Positions 19,460 to 27,729 of a DNA stretch of 64,000 nucleotides are shown one piece after another. The notes under the pieces were generated by a model. That model ran no database searches. It was not told where the DNA came from and was given only the letters and a program-made list of their open reading frames with translations. Each line of letters begins with the position of its first letter. The first letter of the stretch is position 1. The stretch spans positions 65,133-129,132 of the forward strand of contig JAGWVF010000002.1 of assembly GCA_018971045.1 (NCBI GenBank). The letters run 5' to 3'. The translations under genes were made by a program, and so were the position numbers. The stretch is from Patescibacteria group bacterium (GTDB lineage Bacteria > Patescibacteriota > Minisyncoccia > Phycocordibacterales > Phycocordibacteraceae).

Positions 19460-20032
19460 ATGAACCATACTCCGCAGATTAAGAGAGCGATACAATTTGC
19501 GGCCCGAAAGCATCACGGGCAGATGCGCCGAGAAGCGGATCCGTTGCCGTATATCACGCACCCTTTTTCAGTGGCGCTTCTTGTGGCCGAAGACGGCGCT
19601 CACGACGATGTCGTTACGGCCGCGCTTCTGCACGATACGATCGAGGATACCGGAACGACGCGCGAAGAGATCGCCGCCGTCTTTAACGACCGGGTCGCCG
19701 ACTTAGTCGTCGCGGTAAGCGAGATCAAGAAGCGCAACGGCAAATCGATCGCTTGGAAGGAGCGCAAGGTGGATTATTTTACGCGTTTGGAACATTCCAA
19801 TGACGACGCCATTTTGATTGCCGTCGCCGATAAGATAGACAATATCGAGAGCAAGCTTGAAGCGTATGCAAAAGAGGGCGACGCGCTTCTCGCCCGTTGG
19901 AGACAGTCGCCGAGCGAATATCTTTGGTATCACGAAGAGGCGCTCCGTATCGCTACCCGGCGTCTTCCTGATCACACGCTCACGAAGCGTCTCGCCGAGG
20001 CTCACGCCCGCGAACGCGAGGCGTTTGCGTAG
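19460..20032 (+). CDS. Stand-alone HD-domain (p)ppGpp hydrolase-like protein (Mesh1/SAH type)
   Basis: HHGQMR...PYITHP, LLHDTIEDT, ADKIDN. Confidence 0.8.
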   Translation: MNHTPQIKRAIQFAARKHHGQMRREADPLPYITHPFSVALLVAEDGAHDDVVTAALLHDTIEDTGTTREEIAAVFNDRVADLVVAVSEIKKRNGKSIAWKERKVDYFTRLEHSNDDAILIAVADKIDNIESKLEAYAKEGDALLARWRQSPSEYLWYHEEALRIATRRLPDHTLTKRLAEAHAREREAFA

Positions 20033-20033
20033 G

Positions 20034-22001
20034 TTACCAAATCTTCGCGCGATCTCGCGGCTCTCGATAGAGTTTGTCGCCTTTCTTCACGCCGAATGCC
20101 GCGTAAAACTCGGGAAGGTTTGAGGCCGGACCATTGATGCGGAATTGGCCGGGCGAATGCGGATCGGTCATCACCTGCGTCTTCTCCGATTCGGGACGGC
20201 GGTTCTCGCGCTCGAAGAGCGCGAAGCTTAAGAAGAATCGCTGTTCGGGAGTGAAGCCGTCGATATCTTTTCGTCCCGTTTTCTTTAATCGGTTTTGATA
20301 CGCGTCAAAGGCGATCGATGCGCCTCCGAGATCGGCGATATTCTCTCCGAGGGTAAGCTCGCCGTTCACCCGAAGTCCGTCGGCGACGGCATACTCGTTA
20401 AATTCGCGCACCAGCCGCTTCGTCCTTTCTTCAAATCGCCTGCGATCTTCCGGCGTCCACCATGTTTTCCGGTTTCCTTTGCCGTCGAACTTCGATCCCT
20501 GATCGTCGAAGCCGTGCGTGATCTCGTGGCCGATTACCGATCCGATCGATCCGTAGTTCACCGCATCGTCAGCCTCGATCGAGAAGAAGGGCGGCTGGAG
20601 GATCGCCGCGGGGAAGACGACATCGTTTAAACCGAAACTGCAGTACGCGTTCACCGTCTGCGGATACATGAACCACTCCTTACGATCCACCGGCTTTCGG
20701 AGCCGGCGCATCACGCGCGCGTGTTCCTGAAGCGAGGCGCGGAGCACGTTCCCGAAGTAGTCGTCAGGTCGGATAGAGAGTCCTCGATAGCTTTTCCATA
20801 TATCAGGATAGCCGAGCTTGCGATTCACCTGGCGCAATTTTTGAATCGCTTTTCTTTTTGTAGTGGAGCCCATCCAGTCGAGATTCTTGATTCGCGTCTC
20901 GTACGCTTCAAAGAGATCATCAACGACTTGATTAATATGTTTTTTAGCCTTCTGGGTGAAGTGCTGTTCGACATAGAGTTTCCCCAGCACTTCACCCAGG
21001 CTTCCGTTCACAACGCCAAGAACACGCCGCCAGACGGGCTTCATCGTCTTCACGCCCGAAAGAGCCGTGCCGTAGAAGGCGAAACTTTGCTTTTCAAGCT
21101 TCGTTCCGAGGTAGGGCGAAGCACCGCTCACAAGATGCCACAGGAGAAAGATCTTCCAATCCTCGATCGAGACGTTCGCGAGAAGGGCATTCATCGCTTT
21201 CATGAACTTTGGCTGCATTAAGACTACGTTTCGGGGAGTGCCGGCGCCGACGATCTTGAAGTAGCTCGGCCAATCCACATTCGGCGCGAGCTTGGCGAGC
21301 TTGGCGGTCGATAGCTTGTGGTACGTTTTGTCGACGTCGCGGAGCTCTTCTTTTGGCATCGAGGCTTTCGCGATCTCCGTTTCGATGCGGAGCACGATCT
21401 CGCGTTTCTTCTTTGCATCCGCTTTCGACTCGCCCGTAAGAGCGAACATCGTCTCCACGTGTTTCTCATATGCGTCTCGTACGCGTCTCGACTCCGCGTC
21501 ATCGTTAAGATAATAGTCTCGGTCGGGCATCCCGAGTCCGCTCTGATGGAGGTAGAGGATATATTTCTCGCTGTTTTTCATATCCTGATCGACGGCGAGG
21601 CCGAACGGGCCTCCGCCACCGATCTTTTCAAGATGGGCGAGCGCGGTTACCAGCGAACGCGCGTCCTTAATCTTCTCGATCTTCTGAAGCCACGGCTGAA
21701 GCGGAGTGATGCCCGCCTTGTTTCTTGATGCGAGATCGAGGCCGGAGCGATAGAAGTCGCGAACCATCTGCGCAGGCGTACCGGCTTTCGCGCTCTTCAG
21801 CTTCAACGCGTCCTCAACGATTTTCTTGAGTTGTTTTTCAGTCTCGTAGCGGAGGATGAGGAAGGATCCCCAGCGCGACTCGTGAGGAGGGATCGGATTC
21901 TTCGCGAGCCACCCGCCGTTTACGTGCCGGTAAAAATCATCTTGCGGCCGCACGCCGGTATCCCTGTCCCGGGCATCAAATCCCCAATTCTTTTTCTTCA
22001 T
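20034..22001 (-). CDS. M13 family metallopeptidase (PepO-like)
   Basis: PQDDFY, VNAY, HEITHGFD, GENIADLGG, DPHSP. Confidence 0.95.
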   Translation of the reverse strand: MKKKNWGFDARDRDTGVRPQDDFYRHVNGGWLAKNPIPPHESRWGSFLILRYETEKQLKKIVEDALKLKSAKAGTPAQMVRDFYRSGLDLASRNKAGITPLQPWLQKIEKIKDARSLVTALAHLEKIGGGGPFGLAVDQDMKNSEKYILYLHQSGLGMPDRDYYLNDDAESRRVRDAYEKHVETMFALTGESKADAKKKREIVLRIETEIAKASMPKEELRDVDKTYHKLSTAKLAKLAPNVDWPSYFKIVGAGTPRNVVLMQPKFMKAMNALLANVSIEDWKIFLLWHLVSGASPYLGTKLEKQSFAFYGTALSGVKTMKPVWRRVLGVVNGSLGEVLGKLYVEQHFTQKAKKHINQVVDDLFEAYETRIKNLDWMGSTTKRKAIQKLRQVNRKLGYPDIWKSYRGLSIRPDDYFGNVLRASLQEHARVMRRLRKPVDRKEWFMYPQTVNAYCSFGLNDVVFPAAILQPPFFSIEADDAVNYGSIGSVIGHEITHGFDDQGSKFDGKGNRKTWWTPEDRRRFEERTKRLVREFNEYAVADGLRVNGELTLGENIADLGGASIAFDAYQNRLKKTGRKDIDGFTPEQRFFLSFALFERENRRPESEKTQVMTDPHSPGQFRINGPASNLPEFYAAFGVKKGDKLYREPRDRAKIW

Positions 22002-22055
22002 AATTGCATCTTATATCGAAAGGGAAGATAAGGGAACTCGTGGAAGAAGTTCGGC

Positions 22056-22084
22056 TTTACATTTTTATAGATTTATTTTATAGT
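22056..22084 (+). promoter_or_regulatory. Sigma-70-type promoter of orphan gene
   Basis: TTTACA-N17-TATAGT in an AT-rich gap. Confidence 0.6.
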
Positions 22085-22161
22085 ACATCTAGAAGCACGC
22101 CATCCGCGGCTTCACTCTCGCCGCACCGTCGGCTCCGTTCCTGTTCGAAAAGGAGTTTGAA

Positions 22162-22734
22162 ATGGCATTGAAATTGAAAATAGAAGCGCACATTGAGTTG
22201 CCAGAAATCGCCAGAAAGACGACTCTGGACTGTTTCGTCAACGCTCGCTTTCGTGATGAGATGCTTGATTGCGAGTTGCCGGTCGTACAGACGGCAACGG
22301 CGGCGGCCAAGATCATCGCCGTCAGTTTCAATGAAGAGTGGGATGATCGCGATGTAGCATACGCGCTTATCGGACTCGATCGAAAGACCGATCGGATATC
22401 CTGCCGGACGCTTGGAAATCTGCTGATCGCGCTCGACCATACGCTGACATTGCCGCAGGCTGAAGCGGTTCTGACAGGAGCCGCTTTCAAGATCAATGAC
22501 GCCCGGATCCGAGGCGAGCAGACGTATCATTGCTTTGTCGTAACGGGCGATCCGCAAAATCCGGTCGCCGTTTGCGCCGTTCGCGTGTGCTACGACTGGG
22601 AAGAGTGGATGGAAGATTGGAGCTACTCGGTCGATCTCCTCGCGCCATTTCTGGGCGATCAGGCGGGCTCCGAGACGTGCCACAATCAATTCTTCCTCGT
22701 TCCTAATTTTGTTCGGCGCTACGCCTACGCGTAG
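22162..22734 (+). CDS. Hypothetical protein, possibly a diverged DGR-target-family protein
   Basis: AAGGAG SD 6 nt upstream, own promoter and terminator; FVVTGDPQNPVAV and aromatic C-terminus. Confidence 0.7.
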   Translation: MALKLKIEAHIELPEIARKTTLDCFVNARFRDEMLDCELPVVQTATAAAKIIAVSFNEEWDDRDVAYALIGLDRKTDRISCRTLGNLLIALDHTLTLPQAEAVLTGAAFKINDARIRGEQTYHCFVVTGDPQNPVAVCAVRVCYDWEEWMEDWSYSVDLLAPFLGDQAGSETCHNQFFLVPNFVRRYAYA

Positions 22735-22748
22735 CCGGTTTTGCGCTT

Positions 22749-22780
22749 CAGAAGCCCCGTAATTGGGGCTTCTGCTTTTA
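22749..22780 (+). terminator. Intrinsic terminator
   Basis: CAGAAGCCCC-GTAATT-GGGGCTTCTG followed by CTTTT. Confidence 0.75.
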
Positions 22781-22805
22781 TAATGTTTACGGTACTCTCT
22801 ACCGT

Positions 22806-24671
22806 ATGACGGTGAATGACGTACGGGCGAGATATATGCGTTTTTTCGAGAAGCGAGGACACGCCGCGATTCCGTCGGCCCCGATTATTCCCGAGAATGA
22901 TCCGACCACCCTCTTCACGAGTAGTGGAATGCAGCCCCTTGTGCCGTATCTCCTCGGCCAACCTCATCCGGAGGGTACGCGGCTCGTTGATTCCCAGCTC
23001 TCGTTTCGCGCCGAGGATATTGAAGAAATCGGAGACAATCGCCACACGACCTTCTTCGAAATGCTCGGGAACTGGTCCCTGGGCGATTATTTCAAAGCGG
23101 AGCAGCTGCCGTGGCTTTTCGAATTTTTGACTTCCGCGACCGACGGTCTGGGACTCGATCCGCATAAGCTATATGTGACCGTGTTTGACGGCGACGCTCG
23201 CGCGAAGATGGAGCTCGACGCCGAGACTGTCGAGATTTGGAAATCCATTTTCGCAAACGCCGGTATCACGGCCGATCTCGTGCGTCTCGGAACCGAGGAA
23301 GCAGGGTATCAGAAGGGGATGCAGGGAGGGAGGATCTTCTCTTATGGCGCCAGGAAGAATTGGTGGAGCCGCGCGGGGGTTCCGGATACGATGCCAGCCG
23401 GCGAGATCGGCGGACCCGATTCCGAAGTCTTTTATGATTTCGGCCTTCCGCACAATCCGAGTTTTGGAAAGGAGTGCCATCCGAACTGCGATTGCGGACG
23501 GTTCGTTGAAGTCGGGAATTCGGTCTTTATGCAATTCGTAAAAAGAGGAGACGGCAGTTTTGCGGAATTACCGAAGCGCAACGTCGATTTCGGCGGCGGG
23601 CTCGAGCGACTCACTGCCGCGACGCGCGGGAACCCCGACGTATTCCTCATCGATACGTTCGATGCGGCGCGCGCGGCGCTCGAGGAGCGGTCGGGGAAGC
23701 GTTATGCCGATGCGAAACGATCATTCCGCATCATCCTCGATCATATGCGCGCGGCGTCATTTTTTCTCGCTTCCGGCATCCGTCCCGGGAATACGGAACA
23801 AGGATATGTGCTTCGGCGTCTCATTCGCCGCTCGATCCGCGAAGCGGATAAGCTCGGGATCAAAGAGATGGCGCTTTCTCCAGTCGCAGAAGGCTTCGGG
23901 AATGCGTATGCCGCGCCGTATCCTTTCGTTCTTGCCGCTCGCGATCTGATTTACGGCGAGCTCGAGAAAGAAGAACGGCAATTTCGAGGAACACTCGCTC
24001 GCGGCCTGCACGAGCTCGATAAGATGGGGGACGCCATAGACGCTTTTATGCTTTTTACCACGTATGGCTTTCCGATCGAGCTTACCGCCGAGATCGCGGA
24101 GGAGCGAGGGCTCGCTTTTGACTTAGACGAAGTACAACGGCAAATGGAAGCGCATCAGGCGCTCTCGCGCGCGGGCGCCGCACAAAAGTTTGCCGGCGGA
24201 CTCGCGGATCGCGCCGAACAGACGATCCGCTACCATACCGCGCATCACCTCCTCTTGAGAGCGCTTCAGATAGTGCTCGGACCTTACGTTCATCAGCGGG
24301 GAAGCAATATTACGAACGAGCGCCTGCGCATCGACTTTTCCTATGGAAAGAAGATGACGCCGGAGCAGATACGGAACGTGGAGGAAATAGTGAATGAAAA
24401 AATATCCGAAGCGCTTCCCGTTATCCGGACCGACATGAAGAAAGAGGAGGCCGAGAGACTTGGCGCCGAGCACGAGTTTGGCGCCGTCTACCCTGATATC
24501 GTATCGGTGTATTCAGTCGGCCCGCTTGACGGCGCGTTCTCGATCGAATTTTGCGGCGGTCCGCACGTGGCGAATACGCGTGAGCTCGCCGAGGGCGGCA
24601 AACATTTCCACATTCTTAAGGAAGAAGCGTCGTCTTCCGGCGTTCGGAGGATTAAAGCAGTGTTAAAATAA
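22806..24671 (+). CDS. alaS: Alanine--tRNA ligase (no C-Ala domain)
   Basis: DPTTLFTSSGMQ, HTTFFEMLGNWS, HTAHHLL, EFCGGPHV, SGVRRIKA. Confidence 0.96.
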   Translation: MTVNDVRARYMRFFEKRGHAAIPSAPIIPENDPTTLFTSSGMQPLVPYLLGQPHPEGTRLVDSQLSFRAEDIEEIGDNRHTTFFEMLGNWSLGDYFKAEQLPWLFEFLTSATDGLGLDPHKLYVTVFDGDARAKMELDAETVEIWKSIFANAGITADLVRLGTEEAGYQKGMQGGRIFSYGARKNWWSRAGVPDTMPAGEIGGPDSEVFYDFGLPHNPSFGKECHPNCDCGRFVEVGNSVFMQFVKRGDGSFAELPKRNVDFGGGLERLTAATRGNPDVFLIDTFDAARAALEERSGKRYADAKRSFRIILDHMRAASFFLASGIRPGNTEQGYVLRRLIRRSIREADKLGIKEMALSPVAEGFGNAYAAPYPFVLAARDLIYGELEKEERQFRGTLARGLHELDKMGDAIDAFMLFTTYGFPIELTAEIAEERGLAFDLDEVQRQMEAHQALSRAGAAQKFAGGLADRAEQTIRYHTAHHLLLRALQIVLGPYVHQRGSNITNERLRIDFSYGKKMTPEQIRNVEEIVNEKISEALPVIRTDMKKEEAERLGAEHEFGAVYPDIVSVYSVGPLDGAFSIEFCGGPHVANTRELAEGGKHFHILKEEASSSGVRRIKAVLK

Positions 24672-24675
24672 AGTA

Positions 24676-25725
24676 ATGAGCTTTATACGAAATGTATTCG
24701 TCCGTGCGAAGGATGCCGAATCGGTCGTTCTTATCGACATCGGAGCGCAAACAGTTTCCGGCGCGTATGCGCTTTTCGTCGAAGGCCAATCGCCCGTGAT
24801 TCTCTATGAGCGCAGCATGGCCGTTGAGTTCCACGAGGGAGAAGCGCAGGAACAGGCGGTATTGCGCGCTTTGAAGACGCTCGGCGAGACTATTCTGCGC
24901 GAAGGCGCGCCCGTACTTATTCGCGCCGTCGGAAAAGGAAATACCCGCGGGATCCTCGTCTCGATCGACGCGCCGTGGCAGCGAACTTCCGTGCGCACTG
25001 AATACATTGAGGAGAAGAAACCCTTTCTCTTTACGAAACATCTCGTATCCGCGCTCCTCGAAAAGACCAAGGTGAAGCCTCCCGGCAAGATGCTGGTTGA
25101 CGAGAGCGTGATCGGCACCGTCCTCAATGGTTACGAGACGAACAATCCCTACGGTAAGGAAGCGCATCGGGCTGAAATTATGATTCTCACTTCGCTCATT
25201 GATGAAGTGATCGCGAAGAATATCGTGACGACGCTGCGCAGTGTCTATCACACTCGACATGTTCTCCCGATCGCGGGAACATCGCTTCGATACCAGGCGG
25301 TGCGGAATATCTTTCCGCATGAACGGGACGCGCTCATTCTCGACGTTACGGGGCCTCTGACGTCGATCGCGCTCATCCGCAATGATTTGTTCGTATCAAT
25401 CATACAGATCACGGATCGTCTCGCGACGATTGAGGAGTGGGTCGCGCGAGTGGTGGCGGAACTGGTAGAAGTCGCGCGGCGCTATCCGCTCCCGCGGACA
25501 ATCTTCTTGCTCGCCCGCGAACCCGAGGTACTGGAGCTTCAGAAAGCGCTTGCCGCCGCGAGTCTCGGCGATCTTTGGCTTTCGGACAGTCCTCCAGCGA
25601 TCGTTCCGGTGCTCTCGAGCCAACTCACGAGCCTTGTTCGGCAGGCAACTACCGGCACCCCGGATCTTTTGACCCTGCTTATGGCGCTCTATTGGCGCTA
25701 TCGCGACCCTGTTCGGGAACGGTAA
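24676..25725 (+). CDS. Hypothetical protein, degenerate actin/FtsA-like fold
   Basis: VLIDIGAQTV and LILDVTGPLTSI resemble the two phosphate motifs of FtsA/PilM-like proteins. Confidence 0.55.
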   Translation: MSFIRNVFVRAKDAESVVLIDIGAQTVSGAYALFVEGQSPVILYERSMAVEFHEGEAQEQAVLRALKTLGETILREGAPVLIRAVGKGNTRGILVSIDAPWQRTSVRTEYIEEKKPFLFTKHLVSALLEKTKVKPPGKMLVDESVIGTVLNGYETNNPYGKEAHRAEIMILTSLIDEVIAKNIVTTLRSVYHTRHVLPIAGTSLRYQAVRNIFPHERDALILDVTGPLTSIALIRNDLFVSIIQITDRLATIEEWVARVVAELVEVARRYPLPRTIFLLAREPEVLELQKALAAASLGDLWLSDSPPAIVPVLSSQLTSLVRQATTGTPDLLTLLMALYWRYRDPVRER

Positions 25726-25776
25726 TGCACCATCGCTCGCGCACTATTGTTCGATGAGCTGGTATACTGGAAATAT

Positions 25777-26994
25777 ATGCGCACTTTCAATGACATAACC
25801 CCGCCGTCTCGGCGTAAAGACTATGAATCCACAGGAGAAGCAAATACCCCCGATCGCGGCCCGTTACGCGTCGTCGGACGGCAGCCGAAGTTTCCGTTTG
25901 TCACGCTTCTTTCCGTTTTTCTCATTATCATCGGATCGGTTGGGGCCCTCTTCTATTTCTCGAGCGCAAGCATCAACGTAACCGCAAGCTCCGCTTCGGC
26001 GGCGATACAAGGATCGTTTACGGCGAGTCAAAGCGCCGGGGCGTTGCCGTATGAGATTATAACCGCTCAAAAGATAGCGACGCAGAGCGTAAAAGGGAGC
26101 GGAACGAAGGCCGTAACCTCAAGCGCGTCGGGAACTCTCACGATATATAACACCCAAACGAAAGCGCAGCATCTCGTGAGCAATACGCGCTTCGCGACCG
26201 CGGCGGGACTCATCTTCCGGATTCATACCGCCGTAACTGTTCCCGGGGGAAGTCCAGCGCGGCCGGGTTCTATCACCGCCAGGGTTTACGCCGATCAGCC
26301 GGGAAGTTCCTATAATATCGGAGCGGCTTCCTTTACTATTCCCGGCTTTGCCGGCACGCCGCAAGAAACCCAGGTGTACGCGCGCTCAACGAGCGCGATG
26401 AGTGGCGGCGCCTCCGGCAATGTGCCGGTCGTAGACCCGACGCTTGAGGCGCAGACGCGCGGCGCGCTCGTCAGAGCGCTCGCGCCTGACCTCGCGTCGA
26501 GTATTCAGAGCCAGATCCCCTCGGGCTACGCATTGCTCGATGGCGCGGCTACGACGACATACGAACATCTCGAATCGACGCCCTCCGATATTACCGGCAT
26601 GGTCGACGTAAAGGAGCAGGGGACGATCACGGCGATCGTCTTCCCGAACGCCGCACTCGCAAAGACCGTCGCGGCGTCAATTCCGAGCCTCGCCTCGCAG
26701 AATGCCGCGCTGACTCTCGCGCCTACGAGTACGCTCCACCTTACCGCGCCGAATCTGCCGGACACTACAGCCGCTTCATTTACCTTTACGCTCACCGGCA
26801 CCGCAGTGCTTGATTACGTCGTCGATCCTACGGCGATCGCCGCCGCAGTCGCGGGGAAAACACGTTCAGCCGCTGAAGTCGCTCTGACCAATTACCCCGA
26901 AGTCAAGCGCGCCATTATCATACTGCGGCCATTCTGGCGGCAAACATTCCCGCAGGATCCGGCATCTATTACGGTTAAGGTCGACAAGCCGTAA
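25777..26994 (+). CDS. Membrane-anchored protein with baseplate J/gp47-like extracellular domain
   Basis: Single TM; ASGTLTIYN...TRF...FRI...VTVPG...VYADQPGSSYNI; TATACT 8 nt before ATG. Confidence 0.6.
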   Translation: MRTFNDITPPSRRKDYESTGEANTPDRGPLRVVGRQPKFPFVTLLSVFLIIIGSVGALFYFSSASINVTASSASAAIQGSFTASQSAGALPYEIITAQKIATQSVKGSGTKAVTSSASGTLTIYNTQTKAQHLVSNTRFATAAGLIFRIHTAVTVPGGSPARPGSITARVYADQPGSSYNIGAASFTIPGFAGTPQETQVYARSTSAMSGGASGNVPVVDPTLEAQTRGALVRALAPDLASSIQSQIPSGYALLDGAATTTYEHLESTPSDITGMVDVKEQGTITAIVFPNAALAKTVAASIPSLASQNAALTLAPTSTLHLTAPNLPDTTAASFTFTLTGTAVLDYVVDPTAIAAAVAGKTRSAAEVALTNYPEVKRAIIILRPFWRQTFPQDPASITVKVDKP

Positions 26995-26996
26995 CG

Positions 26997-27086
26997 TCAG
27001 CGTCCGGCAGTGAGAGCCGGGAGGAGCGTCCCGATCATCCCAAGAGCGAGGAGGATGACGATGATGATTGCCAGAGCGCGTTTCAT
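26997..27086 (-). CDS. 29-aa single-pass membrane peptide MKRALAIIIVILLALGMIGTLLPALTAGR
   Basis: ATG...TGA ORF, basic N-terminus plus hydrophobic helix, TGgTATCGT 7 nt upstream. Confidence 0.7.
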   Translation of the reverse strand: MKRALAIIIVILLALGMIGTLLPALTAGR

Positions 27087-27154
27087 TCGCTCAACGATAC
27101 CAGAGGGCTCTCAGACAGCCAAGCCGTTCGGGGCGGGTGCAGGTGTGGATAAGC

Positions 27155-27183
27155 TTGTAATTTATCAAAATATATTGTATTAT
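27155..27183 (+). promoter_or_regulatory. Sigma-70-type promoter of orphan gene
   Basis: TTGTAA-N17-TATTAT, preceded by TGTGGATAA (DnaA-box match, 27144-27152). Confidence 0.6.
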
Positions 27184-27264
27184 GGAGAAGTCGTAAACCA
27201 ACCGCGTTAGCGGTTGGTTCGACATAAACAGTCTTTCCGTAACAATCGCAAAAGGAGTTAAGAA

Positions 27265-27684
27265 GTGAAAAAGAATCACGGACCCGATCTTGACGACAAA
27301 CCTGAACCTCTCGAGAAAGAGGTAAATGAACCACAACTGCGTCTCACTGTCGTTACGACAGGGTGGTTTCGCGAAGGACTGCTCTGCGAAGCGGAACCTC
27401 TCTGTACAAAAGGAAAGAAGGAATGCAAAGAGTGTCCCCTCGGGCCGGGCGTAGCACATCCGGGCGTTTTCGAGGGAAAAGACGAGGCGATAGCCGCATT
27501 CGAGCGACTTTTTATTGATGAACTCGAACGCGTGATCCACGCGTGGGCGACGCATCCGCCGGTGAAGCCGTATGTTCCCCGACCCGCCCGGGCCGAGGTC
27601 TACGAGCTGGCGAGTCTCGCACGCGGCAATCATGTTCGCGCCGAGATTCGCTCGGTCTACGAGGGGTCGAGGTTACTTCACTAG
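27265..27684 (+). CDS. Hypothetical orphan protein with four-Cys cluster
   Basis: AAGGAG SD 7 nt before GTG; CEAEPLCTKGKKECKEC; downstream hairpin. Confidence 0.6.
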   Translation: MKKNHGPDLDDKPEPLEKEVNEPQLRLTVVTTGWFREGLLCEAEPLCTKGKKECKECPLGPGVAHPGVFEGKDEAIAAFERLFIDELERVIHAWATHPPVKPYVPRPARAEVYELASLARGNHVRAEIRSVYEGSRLLH

Positions 27685-27702
27685 AGTAGACTCTCCTCGC
27701 TT

Positions 27703-27724
27703 GAAGGCGCCCCAAGGCGCCTTC
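27703..27724. terminator. Hairpin between convergent genes
   Basis: GAAGGCGCC-CAA-GGCGCCTTC. Confidence 0.55.
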
Positions 27725-27729
27725 TCCAT

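Noticed and set aside
27144-27152. Replication origin from DnaA-box match (also a near-match at 57797-57805)
   Set aside because: Isolated boxes, no cluster, and no dnaA/dnaN nearby.
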